A DNA stretch of 64,000 nt, taken from UHGV virus genome UHGV-1378817, one strand, 5' to 3'. Source of the stretch: a virus. Of the stretch, positions 46,685 through 55,150 are shown one piece after another; position 1 is the stretch's first letter; each line of letters opens with the position of its first letter. The notes under the pieces were generated by a model, which did no database searches, was not told the origin of the DNA, and was given only the letters and a program-made list of their open reading frames with translations. Position numbers and translations under genes: made by a program.

Positions 46685-47083
46685 GTGAAAAATAAACTGT
46701 TCAAAGTTACAATGAAAATTCGCGGAGCTTGGAGCGTAAAGCAAGGGCGTATTCCAGAATTTGAGAAAGACTTCTACGTAGTCTCCACCTCGGAGGAGGC
46801 TGCATGCTGGCAAGCTGGCTATGCCTATGCAAGAACCTGGTACGAAGGATACCAGACTGGGGGCTATGACGGAGAAATTATCAGCAAGAGTGTAGAAGAA
46901 ATTAATGTGTTGACAAGTGAAAAAGTTTTTGTTATAGTGCATCCAGATTCCAGAGTGAAGCATTACTGGAATGCCAGAACAAAAACTTGGACACCGTTTG
47001 CAGATTCTGCTACGCCACTTTTAAACCAGAAAGCTCTTGACTCTGCCCCAAGTTATGGGGTTGTTGAAGAAAAGCTAAACTGA
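46685..47083 (+). CDS. hypothetical protein, paralog family B
   Basis: Paralogous to 48894-49289 (FVIVHPDSRVKHYWNARTKTWTP vs FVMRHPHSNIAYYWDVLNNEWTP); GTG start. Confidence 0.45.
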   Translation: MKNKLFKVTMKIRGAWSVKQGRIPEFEKDFYVVSTSEEAACWQAGYAYARTWYEGYQTGGYDGEIISKSVEEINVLTSEKVFVIVHPDSRVKHYWNARTKTWTPFADSATPLLNQKALDSAPSYGVVEEKLN

Positions 47084-47100
47084 AACAGTGAGGTGCCACT

Positions 47101-47391
47101 ATGATGGATTTAGTTCTGAATATTGATAACGCAGGAGAGCTTAAAGACGATGGTGTAACAAGTATGGACAAACCCTGCTCTGCCGAGGTTGACTCAAAAT
47201 GGACCTACAAGTTTGACGGAGAGATCTTCGCAAATGATGAGAAGGTTGTAGATGCTGCAGCCATTTTGAACGCTTTAGGGTACGACCCTGTGAATTCTTT
47301 GATCAAGGATCCTGTTGAGTTTGCAGAGTATGTTCGAAAAATGGCAGATCTTGCTGTAGATATTTTAAGAACTATCGACAACAAGCTATAA
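47101..47391 (+). CDS. hypothetical protein
   Basis: 96 aa acidic ORF. Confidence 0.4.
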   Translation: MMDLVLNIDNAGELKDDGVTSMDKPCSAEVDSKWTYKFDGEIFANDEKVVDAAAILNALGYDPVNSLIKDPVEFAEYVRKMADLAVDILRTIDNKL

Positions 47392-47396
47392 AACTG

Positions 47397-47425
47397 TTGA
47401 CACAACGCTTCGGCTATAGTATTAT
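47397..47425 (+). promoter_or_regulatory. sigma70-like promoter upstream of hpf-like gene
   Basis: TTGACA, 17-nt spacer, TATTAT. Confidence 0.6.
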
Positions 47426-47474
47426 TGTTTTCAAAGAGAGATAGTTATTCCCTCTTCCTTAAAAGGAACACGTT

Positions 47475-47795
47475 ATGCAAATTGAAATCACTGGCAACAA
47501 TGTAGAAATCACAGAAGGTATGGTATCTTTTATTTCCCGCAAAATGTCCAAGCTGGAGCGTTTACATCCCTCTGTTAACTATGCACGTGTGAGTGTAAAA
47601 GTTGAAAATGATCACCAGGAAGTTATGGCGTTCATTTTTGACAATTCTGGAAAAGAAGTTATTGCCAAGGCTAAAGGCAGTGATGCTTACGAGGCAACTG
47701 ACCGTATGGTAGATGTTGCAGCACGTCAGCTGGCTAAATGCGGTGGAAAGAAAGGTAAGGGGAAAGGCAAAGTAAAGATTGACTTTGGAGAATGA
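47475..47795 (+). CDS. hpf: ribosome hibernation promoting factor / RaiA-like protein
   Basis: N-terminus MQIEITGNNVEITEGM...KLERL...VKVE close to E. coli HPF/RaiA as recalled; Lys/Gly-rich C-terminal tail. Confidence 0.7.
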   Translation: MQIEITGNNVEITEGMVSFISRKMSKLERLHPSVNYARVSVKVENDHQEVMAFIFDNSGKEVIAKAKGSDAYEATDRMVDVAARQLAKCGGKKGKGKGKVKIDFGE

Positions 47796-47804
47796 GGTGC
47801 TACA

Positions 47805-47906
47805 ATGGGTGTGATTAAGAAATTAGTCCCAAATGTAGAGATTGCATGCTTTGAAATTATGTTTGCAATCGCAGTTGTAGTTAATGTGTTAGGTTACGGC
47901 TATTAA
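47805..47906 (+). CDS. small hydrophobic peptide (33 aa)
   Basis: MGVIKKLVPNVEIACFEIMFAIAVVVNVLGYGY; GAGGTG SD; below ORF-track cutoff. Confidence 0.3.
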   Translation: MGVIKKLVPNVEIACFEIMFAIAVVVNVLGYGY

Positions 47907-47932
47907 TATCAAATAATTGAGGAGACCTCTAA

Positions 47933-48202
47933 ATGAAAATTAAATTATTCAAAACTGAGCTGGCAGACAAAAACTGTGGACTGGTTGAAGGCATGATTGT
48001 TGAAGCACAACCAGTGGACTATATGAAGGTGGTTCGTGATGCCCTGGGTGAAGGTTTTGATCTGATGGAGCCAGCTCTGCGAGAAGATGTTATCGAGATG
48101 GCTAAAAAGCACACACCTGAAGGTTTGGTGGTGTTTGTTGCACCGGGTAACGGAGAAGAGTTGATTGTAACTCCTGATGTGTATGAGATTGTAGAGGAAT
48201 AA
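47933..48202 (+). CDS. small protein, paralog family A-like (C-terminal EIVEE)
   Basis: MKIKLFK... N-terminus and ...YEIVEE C-terminus. Confidence 0.4.
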   Translation: MKIKLFKTELADKNCGLVEGMIVEAQPVDYMKVVRDALGEGFDLMEPALREDVIEMAKKHTPEGLVVFVAPGNGEELIVTPDVYEIVEE

Positions 48203-48293
48203 TCCTACTTGGATTAGCATACTTCCTCGATAAGGAAGATCTGTAATTATTTGTGGGAAAGGAATCCCAATCTCTTACCAGAGGTGATACTAT

Positions 48294-48557
48294 ATGATTG
48301 TTTATTTTAAAACTTCAGGTGGATACCCTGATTCTCAAAGTTTGATCGGAAAAACGTGCACAGCATACTCACCTCTTGATGAGGAGGTAAGCGATATTCT
48401 ACGAAATATGTATCGGATTGACCCACAAGAAGCCTTTGATCAAAACCTTGTATTTGTCAAGGGCTCAGACATGAAGTCTTTGGGAGCATTCCCTGAAGCA
48501 GATGATGATGCCGTTTATTCGTTCATGACCCCTTTTGAAGCTATGGTTGTTGGGTGA
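48294..48557 (+). CDS. small protein, family A-like
   Basis: 87 aa; VFVKGSDMKSLGAFPE resembles the family A central motif. Confidence 0.4.
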   Translation: MIVYFKTSGGYPDSQSLIGKTCTAYSPLDEEVSDILRNMYRIDPQEAFDQNLVFVKGSDMKSLGAFPEADDDAVYSFMTPFEAMVVG

Positions 48558-48561
48558 TAAT

Positions 48562-48894
48562 ATGAAAGTACGCTTTATTGGTGAAACAATTCCTGTGCAT
48601 CTCCGGTCTCCTGAGGATTCTGCAGATCTTGCATCTCAAAAGGCGAGAGGTTATGATAAGAAAGTAACCTCAACCGATGTAGTGCTTGAGGCTACCAGTC
48701 TACCTGACCCTGCTGCATTCTTTAATCATTATGGGTACTATTTCAGCAATCTGATGAATATCGGTGAGCTTGTGTTTATCAGTGGTGGAGAGATTGTTAG
48801 CAAGCTTGGCGGCGATCCGGATGTCTTTCATGAAACCTGTCCTTTTGCATTTGTGGTAGGTTCAGATGTGGAAGTTATTGAGGAGGTGCGGTAA
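48562..48894 (+). CDS. hypothetical protein (C-terminal VEVIEE)
   Basis: Start at ATG 48562 (MKVRFIGE...); track 5' extension overlaps upstream gene. Confidence 0.4.
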   Translation: MKVRFIGETIPVHLRSPEDSADLASQKARGYDKKVTSTDVVLEATSLPDPAAFFNHYGYYFSNLMNIGELVFISGGEIVSKLGGDPDVFHETCPFAFVVGSDVEVIEEVR

Positions 48895-49289
48895 TGGTAA
48901 GCCTATACCGTGTTGAGTATAGCTCAGATACTGTATACAACGTAAGAAGCAAAGATCGCAGCGACAGAGTGCAAGAAATGTATGTTCTTGCCGACAGTCC
49001 GTTATCTGCAGCGTTCAAGGCAGGGGCTCTTGCATCTCGTTGGAAATTCGAAGGTGGATCTTTCTATGAAGAAACCCTTGAAGATTCTGTTGTTATTTCT
49101 TCTGTAGAGGTTTCAGATGACTACGAAGGGAAAAAGTTCGTAATGCGGCACCCACACAGCAACATTGCGTACTACTGGGATGTTCTGAACAACGAGTGGA
49201 CCCCAGATCTTCAGAAGGCTACTGTGCTAACACCGTTTTTGGCAGATAAGTTCCCACCAGAAGGTAATTTATCCGCACTGTTTCAGTAA
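48894..49289 (+). CDS. hypothetical protein, paralog family B
   Basis: Paralog of 46685-47083; GAGGAGGTG SD. Confidence 0.45.
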   Translation: MVSLYRVEYSSDTVYNVRSKDRSDRVQEMYVLADSPLSAAFKAGALASRWKFEGGSFYEETLEDSVVISSVEVSDDYEGKKFVMRHPHSNIAYYWDVLNNEWTPDLQKATVLTPFLADKFPPEGNLSALFQ

Positions 49290-49308
49290 TTTTCTTGCAC
49301 ACAGGTGT

Positions 49309-49337
49309 TGACAACGCCAACCCTGTGTGAAATAATA
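49309..49337 (+). promoter_or_regulatory. sigma70-like promoter
   Basis: TTGACA, 17-nt spacer, AATAAT; embedded in inverted repeat CACAGG...CCTGTG. Confidence 0.45.
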
Positions 49338-49365
49338 CCTTCATCTTAACAAGACAGGAGACCGA

Positions 49366-49626
49366 TTGATGAAGATTAAATTGAAAAACCTTGAAACGGC
49401 AGAGATTCAGGACGGTGTTGATTTCCGTTCTAAAGATGGTGACATCTTAGAGGTAAATATTCCAACCTACGAGCTGATTAAAGGTTTTGGCAACGTCCCA
49501 GAGGAAGGTATCGCAGACGTTCTTCTAATGTTAATCGTTAGTGGGACAGTGTTCTTGGGTGAAGGTGAGAACGCTATTGCAATCCCAAGCCATTTTTATG
49601 AAGTAGTTGACGAAGAGGTGCTGTAA
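49366..49626 (+). CDS. small protein, family A-like
   Basis: MMKIKLKNL... N-terminus and ...YEVVDEEVL C-terminus. Confidence 0.4.
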   Translation: MMKIKLKNLETAEIQDGVDFRSKDGDILEVNIPTYELIKGFGNVPEEGIADVLLMLIVSGTVFLGEGENAIAIPSHFYEVVDEEVL

Positions 49627-49977
49627 ATGAAAGTAGAAATTACCGGTTTTGATATTAATATGGTTCCGGAAGATATTTTAGCTAAATTGCCGGAAGGTTT
49701 TGGTAACGGTGTTGTGGTGGATGCTGTTCCTCCTACCAAAGACATTCTGCTGCAGTATGGTGTAGCAGAGGAAGATGTCGATAAAGTTCTTACAATGATG
49801 GCAATCGATCGTGTTGTCGTTGTTAAAGGTCTCGATAATTTTGAGAGTGATCCCCTGATTATTCGTGGAGATGACTACAAAATCATCGATAATGAAGGCC
49901 AAGAGTTCTATGAGCCTTGTGCAGAAGATATTCTTAACTTATTACTGGAAGCAGGTACCGAAGAGGAGGACGAATAA
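49627..49977 (+). CDS. hypothetical acidic protein
   Basis: 116 aa, MKVEITG N-terminus, acidic tail. Confidence 0.4.
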   Translation: MKVEITGFDINMVPEDILAKLPEGFGNGVVVDAVPPTKDILLQYGVAEEDVDKVLTMMAIDRVVVVKGLDNFESDPLIIRGDDYKIIDNEGQEFYEPCAEDILNLLLEAGTEEEDE

Positions 49978-50306
49978 TGAAGATTGACCCGTTACTGAAG
50001 GCTCGTGCAGAAAAAGCGTACACCATTAAGCTGACCAACCTGGTTCCTACTTGTCATCCAGATGTAGGTTGGCCTGAAGGTCTGGTAGAGGGGACTGTAA
50101 CAGCTGCATACCTCCCTAACATCAAATACCTCATGGAGATCTTAGAGATGGATGAGGAAACTGCAGAACAGTTCCAGTTGGACATGAAACAAAGTGGGAC
50201 TCTGGTTATTCACGGGTGGTACAATACTAAAGATGCAGAAGACCCTCTTGTAACTTCTAATCTGGCATATGAAATCTTAGGACCTTTGAACCTGGGGGAA
50301 GACTAA
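49977..50306 (+). CDS. hypothetical protein
   Basis: 109 aa; ATGA overlap. Confidence 0.4.
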   Translation: MKIDPLLKARAEKAYTIKLTNLVPTCHPDVGWPEGLVEGTVTAAYLPNIKYLMEILEMDEETAEQFQLDMKQSGTLVIHGWYNTKDAEDPLVTSNLAYEILGPLNLGED

Positions 50307-50593
50307 TGAAAGATCTGGTTAAGATTAAGATTAAAGATACCAACGGCGAACTCAGCCATTTTGGAATTAATGATGGTGACGAGCTGATCGCACACCTACC
50401 TACCAAGGAAGTTGTAAGCAAAGCAGTTGCCGGAGAAGAAGATGCAATGCAGGCTGCAGGTGTGGATGAAAACTATGTAGCCATGTGTATGTGCCGAGAT
50501 CAGGTTGTTCTGTATAAAGCGTATCGACCAAACGGAGCCACGGAGTGGCTTGTATTCCGACCTGAAGGATATGAAATCCTAGAGGCACTATGA
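50306..50593 (+). CDS. hypothetical protein
   Basis: 95 aa; ATGA overlap. Confidence 0.4.
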   Translation: MKDLVKIKIKDTNGELSHFGINDGDELIAHLPTKEVVSKAVAGEEDAMQAAGVDENYVAMCMCRDQVVLYKAYRPNGATEWLVFRPEGYEILEAL

Positions 50594-50682
50594 TAAATCT
50601 TGCCAAGGTTGCAATGGTCCTGCTAATTATTTGCTGGTCAGTAACCTTAACACTGTGTCTTGTATTTCAGTAAGGTGCTTAT

Positions 50683-50946
50683 ATGAACATCCTGATGTGG
50701 GTTGTAGCAGTGGCGTTTGTTGCATGTTTTTGCTGCTGGGTTGCGGTGAGGATTTCTGTAGCTACCCTTCGGAAGTTGGGGTTCTCAGAGTGGGATATTA
50801 ATATTCTTTCTTTTCGCAATGAAACAATCTCAGCCGCCCTGCTCTGTAAGAAATTCAAGTGGGAACCTTGTGAGGTCATGAGCTATCTAAGAACAGGTGA
50901 TATCCCTGAAAGATTTAAAAAAGTTCTTGACGGCGATGATAAATGA
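50683..50946 (+). CDS. membrane protein (N-terminal TM)
   Basis: 87 aa; MNILMWVVAVAFVACFCCWVAV hydrophobic N-terminus. Confidence 0.4.
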   Translation: MNILMWVVAVAFVACFCCWVAVRISVATLRKLGFSEWDINILSFRNETISAALLCKKFKWEPCEVMSYLRTGDIPERFKKVLDGDDK

Positions 50947-51101
50947 CAGTATAGTGACTAACAAGAGGTGGTGAGTGATTGATTTTACTGAAGCTTTAAT
51001 GATGGCCTTGTCTGTTTTAGCGCTATCGGTGTGTTTTGGGGCGTTATTCACATCTCTGGTTAAAGTTTTACATACAGTATTATTACCCAAGGAGCGCAGT
51101 A

Positions 51102-51353
51102 ATGACGAAGATTGACTTGAATGCTGGCGACCATGTTGTTGTCAAATGCATTGGAGATTATCTTGGATTCACAATCGGCAATACTTACGAAGCGGTAGTG
51201 GCGAAGGTTTATCATGATAAAGTCCTCAGTCTTGTATTTGACTGCGATGATGATGGGGATGACCGATACGTCTGTGAGGTGCTGGCACGAGACGATAGTG
51301 AAGACCAGAAATTCCTGGTTATTGAACTGAACGGTATTTTTGTAGAACGTTAA
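51102..51353 (+). CDS. hypothetical protein
   Basis: ATG 51102 with AAGGAG SD (track start is further upstream). Confidence 0.4.
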   Translation: MTKIDLNAGDHVVVKCIGDYLGFTIGNTYEAVVAKVYHDKVLSLVFDCDDDGDDRYVCEVLARDDSEDQKFLVIELNGIFVER

Positions 51354-51381
51354 TTTAAAACAACATAAGGAGACTCTTACT

Positions 51382-51687
51382 ATGGCTAAATCTAAAGTTG
51401 AACTGTTCACCTCTCTTCCTTCTGACACTGCAGAACGTGATCGCCTTCGCAAAACAATCGAAGAGCTGGTGGAACTCCAGCTTCAGATTAAAGATCTGAA
51501 AGATGCCATCAAGGATATCATTCTCGTTGAGAAGCAGGATCATCTGTATTCTCCTAAATTCATCAAATCTCTGGTGGCTACAGAGTTCGATATTCGCTAT
51601 GAGGCTGAAAAACGTCGCGCTAAAATCGAAGAAGAGGTTGAGCACATGTCTGAGGCAGACATTCTGTTCAAACGCTCTGTAGAATAA
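51382..51687 (+). CDS. hypothetical protein
   Basis: 101 aa helical ORF. Confidence 0.4.
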   Translation: MAKSKVELFTSLPSDTAERDRLRKTIEELVELQLQIKDLKDAIKDIILVEKQDHLYSPKFIKSLVATEFDIRYEAEKRRAKIEEEVEHMSEADILFKRSVE

Positions 51688-51692
51688 TGACA

Positions 51693-51725
51693 AAGAGAGG
51701 GGCCTGGGCCCCTCTTTCACTATTT
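51693..51725 (+). terminator. intrinsic terminator-like hairpin
   Basis: AGAGGGGCC-tgg-GCCCCTCT followed by TTCACTATTT, directly after 51687 stop. Confidence 0.5.
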
Positions 51726-51741
51726 GCAAAAGGAACCAGCT

Positions 51742-52068
51742 ATGAGAATGCCAATCACTGTGAAAGAGCTAAATGAACGTGATGCAGGTGGTCTATGGCC
51801 TGCACGAAAAATCCGCTGCGTCTATATGAAAGAGAATCTTGAACATCTTGATCAACAGATCAAGGTCGGTGATATTTTTGAGGTCTTCTATTCCAATCGT
51901 CGTAACTGGGAAACCATTCAGCCTTCTGGTTTTGTTCTTGCCAAACTTGACACTGGAGAAGTGATTATCCCTGGGTTGGATATTGTCTTCGAAATTATCC
52001 AGGAGTGGGATCCGGATAAGATTAGATACGAAGAATTATTCGGTAAAGGTATTATCAAACCTGTGTGA
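51742..52068 (+). CDS. hypothetical protein
   Basis: ATG 51742 with AAGGA SD. Confidence 0.4.
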   Translation: MRMPITVKELNERDAGGLWPARKIRCVYMKENLEHLDQQIKVGDIFEVFYSNRRNWETIQPSGFVLAKLDTGEVIIPGLDIVFEIIQEWDPDKIRYEELFGKGIIKPV

Positions 52069-52076
52069 GGTGGATT

Positions 52077-52376
52077 ATGTCTACAAAGGCGGCTAAATAC
52101 TCCTACATGCCATCAACCTCTGCAGAGGTAGACTTTAGTTTCGATGTGTTTCCACTGTTTGAGGCGGTTCTGGCATACCCAACAATACTATCTACTCCTG
52201 AATCACTTGTGCCTGTTAAGTTGCAGAACGCTATGCATTCTATGCACTACAACAATAAATGTAGGCACAGATGGTGTCAGGACGAGGAAAAAGATTTGGA
52301 CAGTTTGAGAGATTTTGACAGTCACCTTTTGACACCTTTCAGCTACTCCAACCTTGATAAGCCCTCATGGGTATAG
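52077..52376 (+). CDS. hypothetical protein
   Basis: ATG 52077 with GAGGTGG SD. Confidence 0.4.
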   Translation: MSTKAAKYSYMPSTSAEVDFSFDVFPLFEAVLAYPTILSTPESLVPVKLQNAMHSMHYNNKCRHRWCQDEEKDLDSLRDFDSHLLTPFSYSNLDKPSWV

Positions 52377-52531
52377 CAAAATATCAAATTTAAGACACCT
52401 AGGACGCTCTGTGGCGTCCTTTTCTTTATCTGGTGCACGATTGCATACCTTGGACAGGTAATCTCATTATAGAGCGCTTTAGAAAGAATTTGACTGTTTT
52501 CCTAAACCACCAACATCTTGAGGTATCATTT

Positions 52532-52753
52532 ATGAAAATTGTTCTATACGACGATAACGATATTGCTCTCAGTACTGTATATTTTGAAGATGATGATCTG
52601 CCAGATTTTCTACGTGTCTCCACATTTGCTGCAGAATACGGTGTGAGCCGTCAGGCAATGCATAAGTACCGAGAGTATCAGAATTGCTCATGGGCTGAGA
52701 CCTTTATGCACTTTATCCAACGTAAGCAGGCTCTGGACCGCAAAAAGCTTTAA
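52532..52753 (+). CDS. hypothetical protein
   Basis: ATG 52532 with GAGGT SD (track start is far upstream). Confidence 0.4.
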   Translation: MKIVLYDDNDIALSTVYFEDDDLPDFLRVSTFAAEYGVSRQAMHKYREYQNCSWAETFMHFIQRKQALDRKKL

Positions 52754-52853
52754 GTGTATATACTTTTTATTTCGAGCGTAGCGAGAACGCACGTCCGTTT
52801 TGACCCAAATCACCATACGCTCGGATTTTAACCAAACCCTCGCGGCGTTTCTG

Positions 52854-52882
52854 TTGACACATTACCGCTCTCGTGATAGTAT
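52854..52882 (+). promoter_or_regulatory. sigma70-like promoter
   Basis: TTGACA, 17-nt spacer, TAGTAT. Confidence 0.5.
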
Positions 52883-52902
52883 CCACACATCGTTTGGAGA
52901 AT

Positions 52903-53004
52903 ATGGGATACACAATGAGAACATTGTCCGAAGTTTTAGTGGTGATCCTGATGATCATTACGTCCATAGCGGCTGTTGCCGGAATACTCACGGGTGGAAC
53001 ATGA
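52903..53004 (+). CDS. small membrane peptide (33 aa)
   Basis: MGYTMRTLSEVLVVILMIITSIAAVAGILTGGT; GGAGA SD; ATGA overlap with next ORF; below ORF-track cutoff. Confidence 0.35.
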   Translation: MGYTMRTLSEVLVVILMIITSIAAVAGILTGGT

Positions 53005-53213
53005 TCAACACGCATGCATCTGAAGAGACATCTGAAGGAGTGACCATATGTCCATTGGCTGATCCAGTGAAAGGGGAAAACTTCGATTCTGAAGATTCTC
53101 CATCTTCGCTCCAGATAGATCCTGAGGCTGATGACTTGACGTGGGGAGACATCGTAGATATCTGGTTCTCTATTATGCCTGAGCACGAAGAGTTCAGAGG
53201 TGGTAGACTATGA
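53001..53213 (+). CDS. hypothetical acidic protein
   Basis: ATG 53001 overlapping stop of the small TM ORF; the track ORF 52800-53213 begins upstream of the promoter so was trimmed. Confidence 0.35.
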   Translation: MINTHASEETSEGVTICPLADPVKGENFDSEDSPSSLQIDPEADDLTWGDIVDIWFSIMPEHEEFRGGRL

Positions 53214-53334
53214 AGCACCGAGCCCACACAGGTTCCTCATGCTAAAGCATGGCCTGAAGAGGCAAACGTGCATAATTCCCGTGCATTGGAACGTATAAAA
53301 CCCTGTTCACACTCTCATTTCCAGAGGAGATTTC

Positions 53335-53550
53335 ATGAAGATAGAAATATTTGGTGGGGCTGACAACACTCGTGGCCTGATTTACCTTGAATTTGATGAA
53401 TCATACCTGCCAGAGGTGTTAAATATAGACTCTGTTGCTGAGGCTTTGGGAGTAAACCCTAAAGAACTCCACTCTTGTGCTGAGATCGATGGTTGGGAAG
53501 AGACCATGAACATTGATTTCAGTGAAGTAGAGGACGAACCGCTGGACTGA
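53335..53550 (+). CDS. hypothetical acidic protein
   Basis: 71 aa; MKIEIFGG N-terminus; last plus-strand gene before non-coding region. Confidence 0.4.
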   Translation: MKIEIFGGADNTRGLIYLEFDESYLPEVLNIDSVAEALGVNPKELHSCAEIDGWEETMNIDFSEVEDEPLD

Positions 53551-53679
53551 CACACAATTAGCTGCCCGGCTAAAGTGCTGGAAGCGCACCTATAACACAT
53601 CTTTCAACTAAATTTCCTACCACCACAATCACTTACCTCCAACACATGACTGTTTGCTTGTTTAGTGAGCAGTCATGCC

Positions 53680-53707
53680 TTGACATTCTTGCCTATCCTG
53701 ATAAAAT
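53680..53707 (+). promoter_or_regulatory. sigma70-like promoter firing into ORF-poor region
   Basis: TTGACA, 16-nt spacer, TAAAAT; no convincing ORF downstream. Confidence 0.4.
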
Positions 53708-55021
53708 TAAGTTCTTCTCTTTTCTTTTACCGAGTAATTCGGGTTTTCTGTTCTCTTCGGTTTGAAGGGGTATGGAGATACACCTGAGTGAACAGGGTGA
53801 ACAACCGAACCATTGGCTATGGCATTAGCATGGCGAAGCGGACGGGTGACGAAAGAGGGGCCGGAGGACACCAGTCACTGCCATATGATATATGGGTGAT
53901 AACCTGAAGAGTCTGAATAAGTGTTTAAGTACCAGTCAGAGGAAAAGGTGAATGGTAGCCGAAGGGGGAGGGGGGTTTCTTGTATCTTTAATTTGTATAT
54001 TATGTATACACTTGTAAACCAATATCATCTAGATCTGTTTACCACACAAAGTGGATAGAGACAAATATTACCTATTAAACTTGAATTATTTATAGAAAAT
54101 ACCACAACACCACTTAAGTCTTTGATTTTACACACAAATCTTACAGATATTCAACCTCCATATTTAACATACCTGTAACATATTCCATACTCTACCTGCC
54201 TGATCAATTTCCCCAACTACATCCCTCATATTTCCCCTGTCTGTACTACCCTGCCCCACCGGGAGTCCCGTCATATCTGGCTTTCCAGCAAATATCACAC
54301 CCACAAATATCATGCCTGAAGAGGGTTTCATCCCATAATACCTGCCTTGCCTGAAGAGCGCTTCATACACCACGTAAATTTTTTAATTGACCTCCCCTGC
54401 CCCGCCGGAGAGGTTGGCTTTTCCCACACAGACCTGAAGAGTCAGCCAGAAATATCTGAATAGGCCCAGTTCTACCACGATTTTGACCTGACCTACAGGA
54501 GCGCTGCCAGGCGGACGAAATGGGAATACTTCTCATTCTTATAACAATTCTCAAATATCGAGGCAGTGAGGCAAATTAATAGGCCAGGCCGTTCACACAG
54601 TGGCACAACATTTGCAACCTATCTTGTGGGGGTGAATGAGAATACCTATCATTGTGAGAACCATTATCATTACGGGCAATTTAACATAATACCCATTATG
54701 CGCACCACTGGTGATACATACAGGGATTGATAACACGAGTTACAGTTTACGCATATAACAATCATATTTCTTACTATTTGTGTGGGATATAGTTAGCAGC
54801 CGATAGATTAGATATTGACCTGTGGACTTCCAACCGTCTAGACGTCTAAGCGCCCACACAACAAGGCTTATACATACATTACTGAATGTAAACAGGGCCG
54901 CAAAAATGCTACCATACCAGTTTGTAAATTTTCATGCAGCACTTGACAAAGAGGAGGAAAACTTGTCTGACACAATGTCACACAATATGACACAATAACG
55001 GCTGTTACCATTCCATATCTC

Positions 55022-55077
55022 ACTGTTTACGCATAGACTGTTTACGCCTGGATAGTTTACACCTTGACAGTTTACAC
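55022..55077. repeat. four direct iteron-like repeats with exact 15-bp periodicity (ACTGTTTACGC x2, ATAGTTTACAC, ACAGTTTACAC)
   Basis: Repeat starts at 55022, 55037, 55052, 55067; further copies of the core at 54742-54752 and 55493-55502. Confidence 0.7.
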
Positions 55078-55150
55078 AGATATGATAAGCCATGACATTC
55101 GTTTGCATGAAAACAATTAGCAAGTTAACAATTAACAAGTTAATAATATA

